Shown in pieces: positions 14,876 to 27,499 of a stretch of 64,000 nucleotides of DNA. The notes beneath the pieces were generated by a model. It was not told where the DNA came from. It did not search any database and saw only the letters and a program-made list of their open reading frames with translations. How positions within the stretch are numbered: the stretch's first letter is position 1; the number at the start of each line of letters is the position of its first letter. The position numbers were made by a program, and so were the translations under genes. Where the stretch lies: NCBI GenBank assembly GCA_965287045.1, contig OZ336876.1, positions 65,534,001 through 65,598,000 on the forward strand, in the 5' to 3' direction. This DNA is from Carcharhinus amblyrhynchos (Eukaryota).

Positions 14876-16749
14876 AATGAGAAAACTATTTGCAAACCAT
14901 TTATTTGACTGGGACCAACAATCTAAACTTGGTCTTACATTATGTGTTCTAGCAATGACAAAGATCATTTAAATAAAGGATGTATAGAGAATGGTACAGT
15001 ACTGCTAAGATCAGAATGAGAAGGAATTACAAAGTTAGAAAAATTAAATGGTTGCACAAAGCATTCAATACAAAACTGCAGACTAGGAAACATTAAAAGA
15101 TAATGATTAATGAAAATGCAGCTTAAGGAGCAATAAAAGGGTGACAATAATAATTAAGGATTCTATCTTGATGTCTGAAAGAAAGGATATTCTATGGTTG
15201 TGCTAAGACAGAATCAAGTGGACAGATTTAAGGAATAGGAATGGAGATAGCACAGTTGTTGATATGTATTATCAGTTACCAAACAGTAAAGATGAGATAG
15301 AGGGGGGGAAATGTGCAGCCAGTTCAGAGACATGGAGGATACACATTTGAAATGCCATAATTCGTCTTCCCTTTACAGATGTTGACTGACCCAGTGTGTT
15401 TCCTTGAAGTTTCCCTCTTTATTTCAGGAAAAAAAGCATTGCTTGATATAGTTCTATCAAATAAAATGGACCAAAAAATTAACATGAAACTAAAAGAACA
15501 ACTGGAAAATAGGTTGGCTGCACAAACAGACAATAACAGCTTTCCTGACCAAACACATTCACAAACAGAAATACTAGGCCAGTGTTGCTCATGGACTTTT
15601 TATTACAACGTTGGCACAGTATCCTGCCAAGGACTATACACATTCATGCTCCAACATACTGCATTGTTGAATAACAATACCACTATGTGTTGTTGCCATG
15701 CAAGAATGGCTATTTTCTCAGCAACAGCAAGAAAAATAAAACTGCAGGGAAAAATCACCAAACTTGTGCTACCAGTTAGGAGAGTCAAAGAATATCGGTT
15801 GTGCTACCAAATACATTTGCAGATCTTGATACTATACCCAGCTGGCAGAAATAATAGGAAATTGTACTTTCAGGCCTCCAGTCAACATCAAAGCAAGTGT
15901 AGAGTTATTTGACCAGCTGCTAGGTCAATGCAGCTGCATCAGCCTCGTGCCAGGCAAGCTGCTGTGTCGATTAACAGTTATAAAACAGTACCAGCGTTCT
16001 TGCGACCATCTCATTAGGCATTACTTCCACTTCGGTGGCCAGGCATTCTGATATCTTGCACATTTCTGTCATGTTTTCTTCCTTTGTAAGTTTAAAATTG
16101 GTCTTAGCTTTATAATAGTGTTAAAACATAACCAGTTATGAAGTTGACCAATGTCCTGAGCTCAGAACCAAGTGGTAGGAACATGGAGTGAGGAGGATAT
16201 TGGATAAAGGTTTTTAACTGAAGACCTAAATGGAACTTTTTAAGAAAACAACTGGACATGGACAGGTACGCACGCACAGTTCAGGACATACCACTGGAGT
16301 GGTGGTTTACCAGCAGATACTCCGATTATAGAAAATGACTCAGACAATGGCCTCTCGAGTACGCGTGAATGGCTTTCTTCCTGCCTTACCAAGATACAGA
16401 AATCACATCCATTTCAGGCAGGTACCTGGAAACACCCCCAAGAAATGACCACGTGCAGGGCAGAATTGATAATCCAGTCAGATGACTCAACTGAATACAT
16501 CACCTTATCTGTCAAGAGACCAGATCAGAAACAGATATAAAGTAACAGCCCCAAGGGCATTGGGGCTGCAGACAGAAAATGTGACTTGGTCAGTCACTGG
16601 AAGTTGTGTGGAAGAATTTGTTCAATGGGCTGACCTCCCAGGAATGAATTCCTGCATGCAGGTCTTATTTAACTAATAAAACAAAATAAACTAGTGATGC
16701 AAGTATATATTATTGCTTAGTTGGTTAATAAAGGATTTCCACATAAAGT

Positions 16750-16963
16750 GAACATAAGAAATATAGAAATAAGAACATAAGAAATAGGAGCAGGAGTAGG
16801 CTATCTAGCCCTTCGAGCCTGCCCTGCCATTCAGTAAGACCATGGCTGATCTGAAGTGGATCAGTTCCATTTTCCCGCTTTCTCCCCATAACCCTTAATT
16901 CCCTTGTCTATCAGAAACCTATCTACCTGTGACTTAAATATATCCAGCGAGGTAGCCTCCACC
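16750..16963 (-). mobile_element. 3' fragment of the same CR1 family, reverse orientation
   Basis: gaacataagaaataggagcaggagtagg... is the reverse complement of the copy A/B 3'UTR and tail. Confidence 0.9.
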
Positions 16964-17945
16964 ACTCTCTGCTGGTTGGAGTCATACCTGGTACGTAGAA
17001 AGACGACTGTGGAGGGTCAGTCATCTCAGTTCCAGGACATCTCTGCAGGAGTCACTCAGGGTAGTGCTCTAGGCCAACAGTCTTCAGATGCTTCATCAAT
17101 GAACTTCCCTCCATGTCAAGGTCAGAAGTGGGGATGTTCAACACTATTCATGAGTGCTCAGAAATGAAGCAGTCCCTATTCAAATGCAACAAGATCGGGA
17201 CAATATCCAGGCTTGGGCTGGGAAGTGGCAACTAACGTTCACGCCACACAAATGCCAAGCAATGACCATCACCAATAAGAGACACTCTAACCAGCACCTC
17301 TTGACATTCAATGGTGTAGTCAGCACTGTATCCCCACAGTCAACATCTTGGGGTTACCATTGACCAGAAACTGGACTCACCACATAAACACAGTGGCTAC
17401 AAGAGCAGGTCAGAGGCTAGGAATACCGTGGCAAGTAACTCACCTCCTGACTCCCCAAAACGTATCCACCATCTACAAGACACAAGTCAGGAGTGTGATG
17501 AAACATTCCCCACTTGCCTGGATGGGTGCAGCTCCAATAACACTCAAGAAGCTTGACAAGGACAAAGCAGCTCGCTTGATTGGCACCACATCTACAAACA
17601 TTCAATCCCTCCACCACAAGATGCACTTCAGCAATTCACCGAAGATCCTTAGATAGCACCTTCCAAACCCACAACCACCTCCATCTAGAATGTCAAGGGC
17701 AGCAGATCAACGGGAACACCACCACCTGTAAGTTCCCCTCCAAGTCACGCACCATCTTGACTTGGAAATATACTGCCATTCCTTCACAGTTGCTGGGTTA
17801 AAATCCAGGAATTCCCTCCCTAATGGCATTGTGGGTCAACCCACAGAACATGGACTGCAGCGATTCAAGAAGGCAGCTCACCAGCACCTTCTTAGAGGCA
17901 ACTAGAGATTGGCAACCAGCAACGCCCATATCCCAATGAATAAAA
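16964..17945 (+). mobile_element. Decayed non-LTR retrotransposon 3' half (second LINE family, CR1/L2 supergroup)
   Basis: Frameshifted RT-like peptides (WLESYL, GVTQGSALG, NIQAWAGKWQLTF, IYKTQVRSVMKHSPLAW). The 3' end ...gcaactagagattggc...catatcccaatgaataaaa recurs in other copies near 12330-12990, 19000-19620, 19630-19810(-), 33945-34260(-) and 37700-38345(-). Confidence 0.85.
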
Positions 17946-20900
17946 CAAAGAATGTTCTGGACATGACATTTGGCTAACTCTCTACATATTCCCTGTGGAT
18001 CGAGAATTGGTCTGTTCAGTCACATGAAGAGCCATAGGGAAATTCTGCAATGCTGAGTAGACATCATGCTCTGGTTGAGGGATGTCAACAATGCATATAC
18101 CCAGAATTGTATGTGAAGCTTTGAACAAGTATGATTACGAACTAGCCAAACTGGAGGCTAAACATCAGATGAGATCTTCATCTGTTTCCAGCCATTCAAA
18201 TCTAAACTATACCTGGACCAGAAAATCTAGTCTGAAAAGTTTTAATTATCCTGCATATTTTTTCCTGAGCAAATTGCAAAACAAAAAATCCTATTTGTTC
18301 CTGGGGAACATTTAGAGATGAACAACCAAACATATTCAATGTTCTTTACCTGAAGTCCACACAAAAGTATCTATGGTGAACAGGGTCAGAAACTGTGTTT
18401 GACTTTCTATCTGCTCCTTTGTGCCAATTATGATCAACTAAATAGATTTCCAATGCAACGTGGCAACTTCTGACTGTATGATTTAGTACTTGCTTTCTAA
18501 ATTCATTGACATCCAGTGGATGATACCTGATAGCTCTTCAATCTATTATGAGATTTGATATTTGCAATCAGACAGCCAGAATCCTACTTATGGATGGCTA
18601 TTGCAATTAAACGATCCCATCAGGTGAGTAAACTACTCCACCCTTCCTAGAACAATCTTGGAGCCAACTTATCGTGATTAAAACAAGACATGCTTGTGCA
18701 CATTCGCAATGACTCATGGAGCTGTATCCATTCAGGAACGTGGTGAATATTCCATCAAAATACAGAATAGCAAATTACAGGTGGTGGAGGCACTTTGGGA
18801 AGTCAGGCAGCAAGTCAATCCCCACAAAATATCCGCCTTGAACCTCACATGACAAAAGCATTAATATGTTTCCAGTCAATGCTGATCTCCATTATGAAAG
18901 GCTTTGCCATGGCAAGGCCAATTAATGTTACAAAATGGTGGTGAATTCATGCACAAGTGCCATTGGATGACCATCTCCACCCAGAGTGTTTAACCACCTC
19001 CGTGTAATATTCAATTACCATTGATGAATCCCCCAAACACCAACATTAAGGTAATTGTTGACATGAAAACTTGACTGGAGCAGCCACACAAATTCTGTGA
19101 CTAAAAGAGCAGGTAGGAAGTTGGATATGCTGTATCCAGTAATTTGCCTCTCAATTTCCCAAAGCTTTTCCATAAGACACAAATCAGGAGTGTGATGGAG
19201 TATTCCTTACTGGATGGTTGAATGCAGATTTAACACTCAAAAGCAAAGCAACCTATTTGATTGGCATCAGATTCATAAGTGGCACACAGTGGCAGCAACA
19301 TGTACCCTCTACGAGATGCACTGCAGCAACTCGTTGAGGCATCTTTTACAACACCCCACAAATGCACAACCTCTACCTCCTAGAAGGATAAAGGCAGTGG
19401 CACCTCATTACCTCCAAGCCACACATAATCCTAACTAGGAACTGTATCACCATTCCTTCATTGTCATTGGGTTAAAACCTGGCATTCTGCCTCAAACAGC
19501 ATTGTAGGCATTACCGGCACTGTATGGACTGCAATGATTCAAAAAGGTGAAATCTTCTCAACGCCAATTAGGGATGGGCAACAAATACTGACCCAGCTAG
19601 CAAAGCTCACATCCCATCAGTTTTAAAAAAGGCTCTTGTTTATTCAAATTGGTCATCGCTTGGTACATTGGAGTCATAGATGTTACTTTCCACTTAGCCC
19701 AAGCCTGAATGTTGACCAGATTTTGCTGTATGCAGGCACATACTGTTATGTTACCTGAGGAATTATAAGTGGAACTGAACACAGCAATCATCAGTGAACA
19801 GTCCCATCTCATTTTTCTGACAGAGGCATAACAAAAACCTGACACCCTTACTATCATACTTACAGCAGTACTGTAAATACAGCCGACAAAAAATATTGAA
19901 GCAGCTCAGTCATCTGCATTCCCACTAGTTTAATGGCTAGTTGTGGAGACAGTAAGCTAAAAGATAAGAGGAAGTCAGCACTACTTCATTTTGCTCTTTT
20001 AATTTCTGTCAGTTAAGCCCAGACGCTATGCCGTAGTTTACCGATACCTTTGTTCTCTGGTTTACAGATTTCCATAATTGACTACAAGTTGAGAAAACAA
20101 GCCATTCTAGTGATGTATGTCGTGAAGTCTATCGTTTAAAAAAAACTCCTTTTAAAACACGATCAGACATGAAACTTGCTGTTAATAGCAGGAAGCCACT
20201 CTTTAAACGTTAGAATTTCCTGTTTGCACTTACTCCAAAACTAGTGTTAGTTGTGAAAACATTTCAAGGAATCAATGCTGCTTCTTCCCATTTTTCTGTC
20301 TTTTTTTTTAAGAATTGGGTTTTATTGAAGCCTGGCTATACAAAGTTCCTTGCATCATAAAACAAAAGCTTGGATCCCAAATCATGCACAAATGCAAGAA
20401 TTAAATCGACTCAAGTGCATCTCAATATCTGCTATGCAGTCACCTGTGGTTTAAATTGGAAATATTGTTCAAGCTTTCTCAAAATATGTAGAATAGTTTA
20501 AGAAATAAATAAGGACAGGATAAACCAATAATTGTTCTAAATAGTATCACCAACCTCCTCATCAGTATTAAGAAAACAAAAGGCAGTATGTTATCTAATG
20601 ACGACTTGGCATTTTACTCAATTGAAATTACATTACTTTCAGAGCAATATATCATCCTTTAATTGTCTGAACACAAGAGGTAAAAATTTTTAAGCGCTCT
20701 GGATATTTTCTGGATGTAACAGGCATATTTCTAGGTGCCACAGACAATTTACTCATGATATGGGCCTTCTGTGCAGGTGCCAGTGGTTCAGGCCAAGAAT
20801 ATAGATATGGCGAAGGCCCAGATTTAGGATATCAGCCCATTTTGCCACATACTGAAATGGGCCCAGACAAAATTTCTTTCGAGTTCCCTTTGCACCTTTC

Positions 20901-21187
20901 AAAACTGCAGAAACGGTGCTTAATAAGCATTTGCAACAACAACTTCCACAAATGTCTTAATAAAAATAATAATCTCCAATTCAGAAACCACAAAGCTGAT
21001 AATTGTCCTGAAATGAATAAATATGAGTGAGTGAAACACATTGAACTTGCACAATAATTGTTACAATAATTGTTACAAAATCTCTGATCTGAAATCAAAG
21101 TGTTTCAACTTCCAGATAATTTATAAAAATACAAATTTAATATTAACTGCATCAATAAAATTACAAAATAAAAGCTCTATGCCTTAC

Positions 21188-21259
21188 CTACTACAAATGT
21201 TACAGCTCCTAGTACCACCACCAACACCAGCATCAAGGGAACAATAAGTAACTTTCCAA
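21188..21259 (-). CDS. RNF217: RNF217 coding exon 5 (transmembrane helix)
   Basis: Not in the ORF track; read by hand. ttttacag|TT acceptor, GTA G|gtaagg donor, 72 nt, phase 1/1. (V)GKLLIVPLMLVLVVVLGAVTFVV(G) continues the frame of exon 4. Confidence 0.93.
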
Positions 21260-22749
21260 CTGTAAAACAAGAACAGTCATTAGAAAAGTTTTTATACAGG
21301 CATATCCTTCCTTCCCTTGATTATTCTAGAAATATGACACAAACCTATTTAAAATTGCAAAGGACCGGTACTATTAGAACATGGGTGCACACACACAAAT
21401 GCAGTGGTCTTGGCATTACATTTCAGTTCATATATCAAAGATAGTGGCAGTTAAAATATGCCTTCATAATCTCTGCAGTAAAATGATATTTCAAATATGA
21501 AAAGTGGTTTTTGCCTCTTTTAAAAAAAAGCGTCAACCTGTATTCTGTAAATTGTGCTGGAGAGGGAAGAAAATGCTTCATCTGCGGGACCTACAAGAAT
21601 TAATGCAAGCATGTCCTCTTAGTCACCTACACAAAACTAAACCAGTACTGTTTTTTATTTTACCCTTTATCTCTTCTCTCCTATTCTTCTGATTGCACTA
21701 TGCCATATTTGAGTCATTTTTTTTAAACAGGTTAGCCTGGGTGGTAAGTTTCTGCAGGTCATTTTGGAGAAAAGGTTGAGAGAGAGCATTGGGACTAAGT
21801 TCTTTCAATCCTCACTTATCCATTTCCCAGTGGTGGGACAACAATCAGGACTAACTACCCAATGGTACTATTATTAGTTAGCTCAGTGCCAACCAGGATT
21901 TGAACTTGGGCAATTTGTGATGTTAATGTACCTTTTAAGATTAAAAAAAATCCTGTTCACTGCAGCTATAAGCAATTTTGATTTCATTGCTGCTGGGCCA
22001 TCTGCTAGAAATCCTTTTATTGCTCCTTCAGTGGTTTAAATGGGTTTTGTTTATTTATACTCCAGGATTTTTTATGACCCTGCATTGTTAAGAGAAAGAC
22101 TGGTTGGCAGGTCATGTGTTTTGCATAGTTTATTTCCTTCCTAGTGAATTTAAGGTTTCATTTTCTGTTTGTATTTAACAATACTTAAAATGAAAGGAAA
22201 GAATTCTAATTTCTAAATGATCACTATTTCTGTTGCTTGCTTGGAACTGTCTCCCCACATAATCACACCTCACTGAGAAACAGTTAGCAAAATCGGGCAT
22301 ACTTGCTTTAAATTGTGGTAACAGCCATGAAGGTTCCAAGAAACCTTTCAGAGAAAGAGACGGAGAGAAAGCAGCTTGTCGGCTTCTATCTTTAAACAGC
22401 CTCCTTCAGTAACTGAACACAGGAAAAAAAACTATTCTCTGCTACAAAGCTACCCACTTGTATCACATGACTATATGACCCTATATACTAACTCACCTTC
22501 CATTACTTAATTAAAAAAAATCCTGGTTTCCTCACTACTTATAAACCAAAAGCAATTAGCTACATTCTAAGTAAACACATCAAGACTAAAATGAGTTACC
22601 ATCCTGCTTCCCAGCATCTGCCGAGTTCCCCCAAACATGCCAACTGCTTTGAGAAAAACACCGAACTTTAACCACTCGACAGAAACAAAATATATCAATA
22701 GCACAGTATCACCACAAGACAAGTAATTTATAAAGAGACAGAATTAACT

Positions 22750-23560
22750 CACTAAAGTCGGAGGAGTTGCAGACAGTGAGGATGGATGTTACGGTTTGCA
22801 GAGGGACACAGATAAGCTGCAGAGCTGGGCTGAGAGCTGGCAAATGGAGTTTAATGCAGAAAAATGTGAGGTGATTCACTTTGTAAAGAGTAACAGGATC
22901 ACAGAATATAGGGCTAATGGAAGGACTCTTGGTAGTGTCGATGAGCAGAGGGATCTCGTTGTACATGTGCAAAGATCCCTGAAAGTTGGCACCCAGGTTG
23001 AAAAGGTTGTTAAGAAGGCATACGGCGCGTTAGCTTTTATTGATAGAGGGATTGAATTTCAGAGCCGTGAGATCATGTTGCAACTGTACAAAACTCTGGT
23101 GTGGCCGCACTTGGAGTACTGCATACAGTTCTGGTCGCCGCATTATAAGAAAGATGTGGAAGCACTGGAAAGGGTGCAGATGAGGTTTACCTGGATGTTG
23201 CCTGGTATGGTGGGAAGGTCTTATGAGGAAAGGCTGAGGGACTTGAGGGTGTTTTCATTAGACAGAAGGTTAAAAGGTGACCTAATTGAGGCAAAGATGA
23301 TCAGAGGATTAGATAGGATGGACAGTGAGAGCCTTTTTCCTCGGATGGTGATGGCTAACACGAGGGGACATAGCTTTAAATTGAGGGGTGATAATTATAG
23401 GACGGATGCCAGAGGCAGGTTCTTTACTCAGAGGGTAGTAAGGGCGTGGAATGCCCTGCCTGCAACAGTTGTGGACTCGCCAACTTTAAGGGCATTCAAA
23501 TGGTCAATGGATAGGCATTTGGATAACATTGGAATAGTTTAGGTTAGAGGGTCATTAGAT
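22750..23560 (+). mobile_element. CR1/HER1-type LINE 3' fragment
   Basis: ORF 22796-23542 is the RT C-terminus (WQMEFNAEKCEVIHF, LYKTLV.PHLEYC.QFWSP, FFTQRVV). Confidence 0.93.
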
Positions 23561-24176
23561 TTAAAAAATATAATTAATATCCAGTGAATGGAGGCATGAC
23601 AAGCCACCTGAATCCGTGGAATGTTCACCATGCTCCATGTGTGTACTCCAGGACGCTTCTTGTATCCTGGCAATCACTTGCAGGAATTATCTGCTGGAAG
23701 AGTTCTAGCTGCAAGTTTTGTGTTTCGTGGATGCCATGCAACATAATGATGTGCAAGCAGAAAGGGACTAGATGATCATCAGACAATCAGGAAGGATCAA
23801 GCAGGTAGTGCCAGAGTCCTGAATGCATGTCACACTCCACCTGTGTTCAGCTCTGAATACTGTTCGGGATGGTGGTCCATCTGGGAGATGCAGCCAGAGC
23901 CAACCACATCACAACACAAATTGCCCAGCTGTACAGGTGGACAAGGAGGAAGATGGATCTGTCTCAGGTAATGATCAGCAGGCAAAATCATAACAGAACC
24001 ATAGGCTGCCTTCTAAGTGAGGAAATGTTTTGGGTACAATCAATGTACATTCCCAAGGGAGAAAGATAGGACAAGCAAAACCAGAGCTTACTGGATGATG
24101 AAAGAGATAAGATGGCAAGACGACACAGAAAAAGGGGACATATGATAAATGTCAGATTGAAAACAAGGCTGAATAT

Positions 24177-24490
24177 GGGTGGCACAGTAGCACGGTGGTT
24201 GGCGCTGCTGCTTCACAGCTCCAGGGACCTGGGTTTGATTCACAGTTCGGGTCTGTAGAATTTGCACATTCTCCTCGTGTCTGCGTGGGTTTCCTCCGGT
24301 TGCTCCAGTTTCCTCCCACAGTCCAAAGATGTGCGGGTTGGGTTGATTGGCCATGCTAAAATTGCCCCTTAGTGTCCTGAGATGTGTAGGTTATGAGGAT
24401 AGGGCCTGGGTGGGATTGTGATCGGTGCAGACTCGATGGGCCAAATGGCCTCCTTCTGCACTGTGGAGTTTCTACGATTTCTATGTTCTA
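24177..24490 (+). mobile_element. HE1-like tRNA-derived SINE (V-SINE superfamily)
   Basis: tRNA-like head with A/B boxes (ggcacagtagcacggtggttgg...ggtttgattc), V-domain gtctgcgtgggtttcctccgg.tgctccagtttcctcccacagtccaaaga, and a LINE-like tail ending tctatg repeats. Confidence 0.9.
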
Positions 24491-26899
24491 TATTCTGTTC
24501 AATATTTGATTTACTACATCACAAGAATTGATTTACTTTATTCCCTGCCACTGAGCCCTGTTGAGATACCATCAATTAATTAGGACCCTTTGAATGCTTT
24601 TGTTTTCCACTTAAATAATTAGATTGTGTGTGTGAAATATTTCACATTTGATATGCCATTCACTGCCTAATCCTAAGCATATTCAAAATCCTGCTGTCAA
24701 GTTCTTTAGAAAGGTCATCGAACTGAAACATGAATTCTATTTTCTCTCTCGAGATGTTGCCTGACCTGAATACTTCCAGCATTTTCTGTTTATATCCCTC
24801 CTAACAACCATTTACTTATTCATTGTAACACATTTCCAATGTTTCCTGCTTTCCTTATTTTTAGTACCAGCCTTTCCAGAAGAACCATCTCAACAGCTTA
24901 CTGAAATCCACGTACAGTTAGATCCAGAGATCATGGATTAAAAATAATTGGCAAAGTATCAAGAGGGGAGTTGTGGAAAACTTTCCCCTTCAGAGAGGAG
25001 GTGTCAGGATCTTGAACGCTCTCTGAAAAGGTGGCAGAAAAGGAGTCCAAAAATCATTTTCAAAGAGTTGACGAGTAATTTTAGAATGAGGAACCTACAG
25101 GGCTACAGACAAAAAAGAAGGGTCATAGCAAGGCCTTGAGACTAAGCATGGCTTGTCTTTCAAGGAGCTTGTACTTCCTTGCAATGCTGCAAGTTTCTGT
25201 ATCAAAACACACCATTTCTACTAGCTTACCTCCAGCAAGCTCTTTTGTCTCACCCCCAAAATAAAACCATTAGATTGGCAAGTAATTAATTTCATCTTTT
25301 GGAAACGTCACTGTTTTCTGGAGGCATACAAGCAAAGCATGGATAACCAGTTAATCGGATTTTAGTTGTACTGCTTGAGGGGAAAGCCTGTCTTTAGAAA
25401 AATGTGCAGAGAGCTTTAACATCAAACTGGACACTGCTTCAGATTAACATTTTATCCAAAAGACAGCAACTTTAACAATTCAACGTTAATTCAGTACTGC
25501 ACTGAAGCCGTTCAGACCCGTAATCTTCTGATTCAGCTACAATACTGCTATCAATAGAGTTAAGCTGATATCCATTTTTGCTGAATTAAATGGGTGTCTT
25601 ACTCGTTAAATTTTGAAATCCTTCATGTAATTACACTTTAAAGCCTAGCCAGGTAAAGTATGCTGGAGCTTTGCTCAACTCCTTGAATTTGTTTTGCAAT
25701 TTCTGCACTTTCAGAAAGAAATTATGGATGTAAATGTAACTGAAACTTCAGTAGCTTTTGCCTCTTGCACTTCATCTGGAAATTGCAATTATCTACACAG
25801 CATCAGCTAGCAGGAATTCTCATGACCACAGAAGAAAAACTGGAGGGTAGAAGATTCCCCGGTAATCCTAATGTACTTTTTGCCAACTTAGGTGTGAAAG
25901 CTGCAGAAGGTGCGGAAGTAGAAGCCTACTGCCAGCCCTCAAACTGTGAATGATGCAAGCTGTATGGAAACCTGACACACTGAACACAAGACAAGATTGC
26001 ATATTCACCACTCTCACTCAAGAGTGGCACTCACAGGGTTACTGGTTTGGAAAACGCAAGTATCATTTTTATTAATGGAAAAACCAAGATTTCCTCTTCC
26101 AGCTCTCCCTTGCAAACAAGAGTACCTAAGTGGGAAACCCCAGTAATTTATTACAATCTCACTGCAATATCTCAAGTTTCTATATCAAAAAACACCATGT
26201 CCACTGGCTTACCTCCAGCAAGTGTTTTTGTCTCACTGTCAAAATAAAACCAATAGATTGACAAGAGTTTAATTTCATGAAAAGTGTATTGGCTATCTTT
26301 TGGAAGCGTGGTCACTGTTTTTTGGAAGCGTCCAGCAGTTAATCAGATTTTGGCTGCTCAGTGCAGGTTTTAAAGGAGGTTTTAAGGATATGAGATGAGG
26401 GAACTTTGAAGAATGATTGAATCACGTCAAAATCCCTTTTGGTTGTCTTGTTTGCTCAGTCTTTCCTATATTTCCCACCACAGTTTTGAAGAATTATTAA
26501 GCCAAAAAACATGATCCGCCAACACACATGGGACCTGTTGTCATTAGTCTTATAGGATATTATTTTCTAATTAGAATCACAGAAATACAGCATATTTCAT
26601 CTCAAATTTAAAAAAACTTGTAATTGTATAGTGCTTTTCACAACATAGGACATACCAAAGTGCTTGACAACAAATTAACTACAGTACTTTTTGAAGAGTA
26701 ACAACTGTTGTAATGTAGGAAAGAAAGCACTGTTGTTTGTCTAAATGTAATTATTAACTTAGTAGACCAAAATGCTATCCCAATATATTTCTGGTTAGCA
26801 ATTATGATTCACGACAGATTCTTTCTTGCTGAGGAACTGAATGAAAACAGTAACCTAAGCTTATAACTCATATCACCCAGAAGCATTCCATCTTTCCAA

Positions 26900-27065
26900 A
26901 AAGAGAAAATGCTGATGAACTTCAGCAGGTCTGACAGCATCTCAAAGTGGAAAGAGAATAGAGCCAACCTTTCGGGACTCAAAACATTGGCTCTATTCTC
27001 TCTACACAGATGCATTTTCTGTTTTTGTTTCACAATCCAGCACCTACAGTATTTTACCTTTTATT
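26900..27065. repeat. Palindromic copy of a short Penelope-associated repeat
   Basis: Perfect 14-bp stem gagaatagagccaa/ttggctctattctc (26954-26967 and 26987-27000) flanked by agaaaatgc...gcattttct. Relatives near 9750-9830, 10630-10715, 24698-24795, 51030-51140 and 63720-63940. Confidence 0.7.
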
Positions 27066-27499
27066 CTATCTTTCCTCTTGAACATTGAGGGAGCTGTTAA
27101 TTCCCTCAAGTTACGTGCATGGTTAGAATTCCCTGGATACTAAACATCAACTTACACATTCTTTTGTCAGCAGTCACATGCATCTGACCGTTGAGTGTGT
27201 AAGTATTTTCTGTTGATAAAAGGGAGGATACTGACAGCAGGCTCACAAACGTTCATATGAGTGCAATCATTGAGACCTTATAGTGTTTAGAATGCCAAAT
27301 GACTGGTAAAACTGATCTGCCTTTCCTGTTTTTATGTATTACTGGTGAATTGGACACATGCAGATATGCAGTGGATGGCACAATAACACTCTAAAACACT
27401 GAACAGAGTGAATGAACTTGAAAGATCCGTGTCAGTGCCTGGACCAGCCAATGTGGCAAGAACTAAGAAGAAAACAGACAGACGTTTCCATGGCCGCAG

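Noticed and set aside
15379-15912. 177-aa ORF
   Set aside because: No ATG start, no recognisable domain, partly overlaps decayed repeat sequence, antisense within an intron.
21052-21078. acaataattgtt tandem/palindromic 12-mer near the exon 5 donor
   Set aside because: Simple slippage duplication, too short to support a function.
24177-24250. tRNA gene
   Set aside because: It is the tRNA-derived head of a SINE, continuing into the V-domain and tail; the same applies at 41772, 44150-44230 and 28296.
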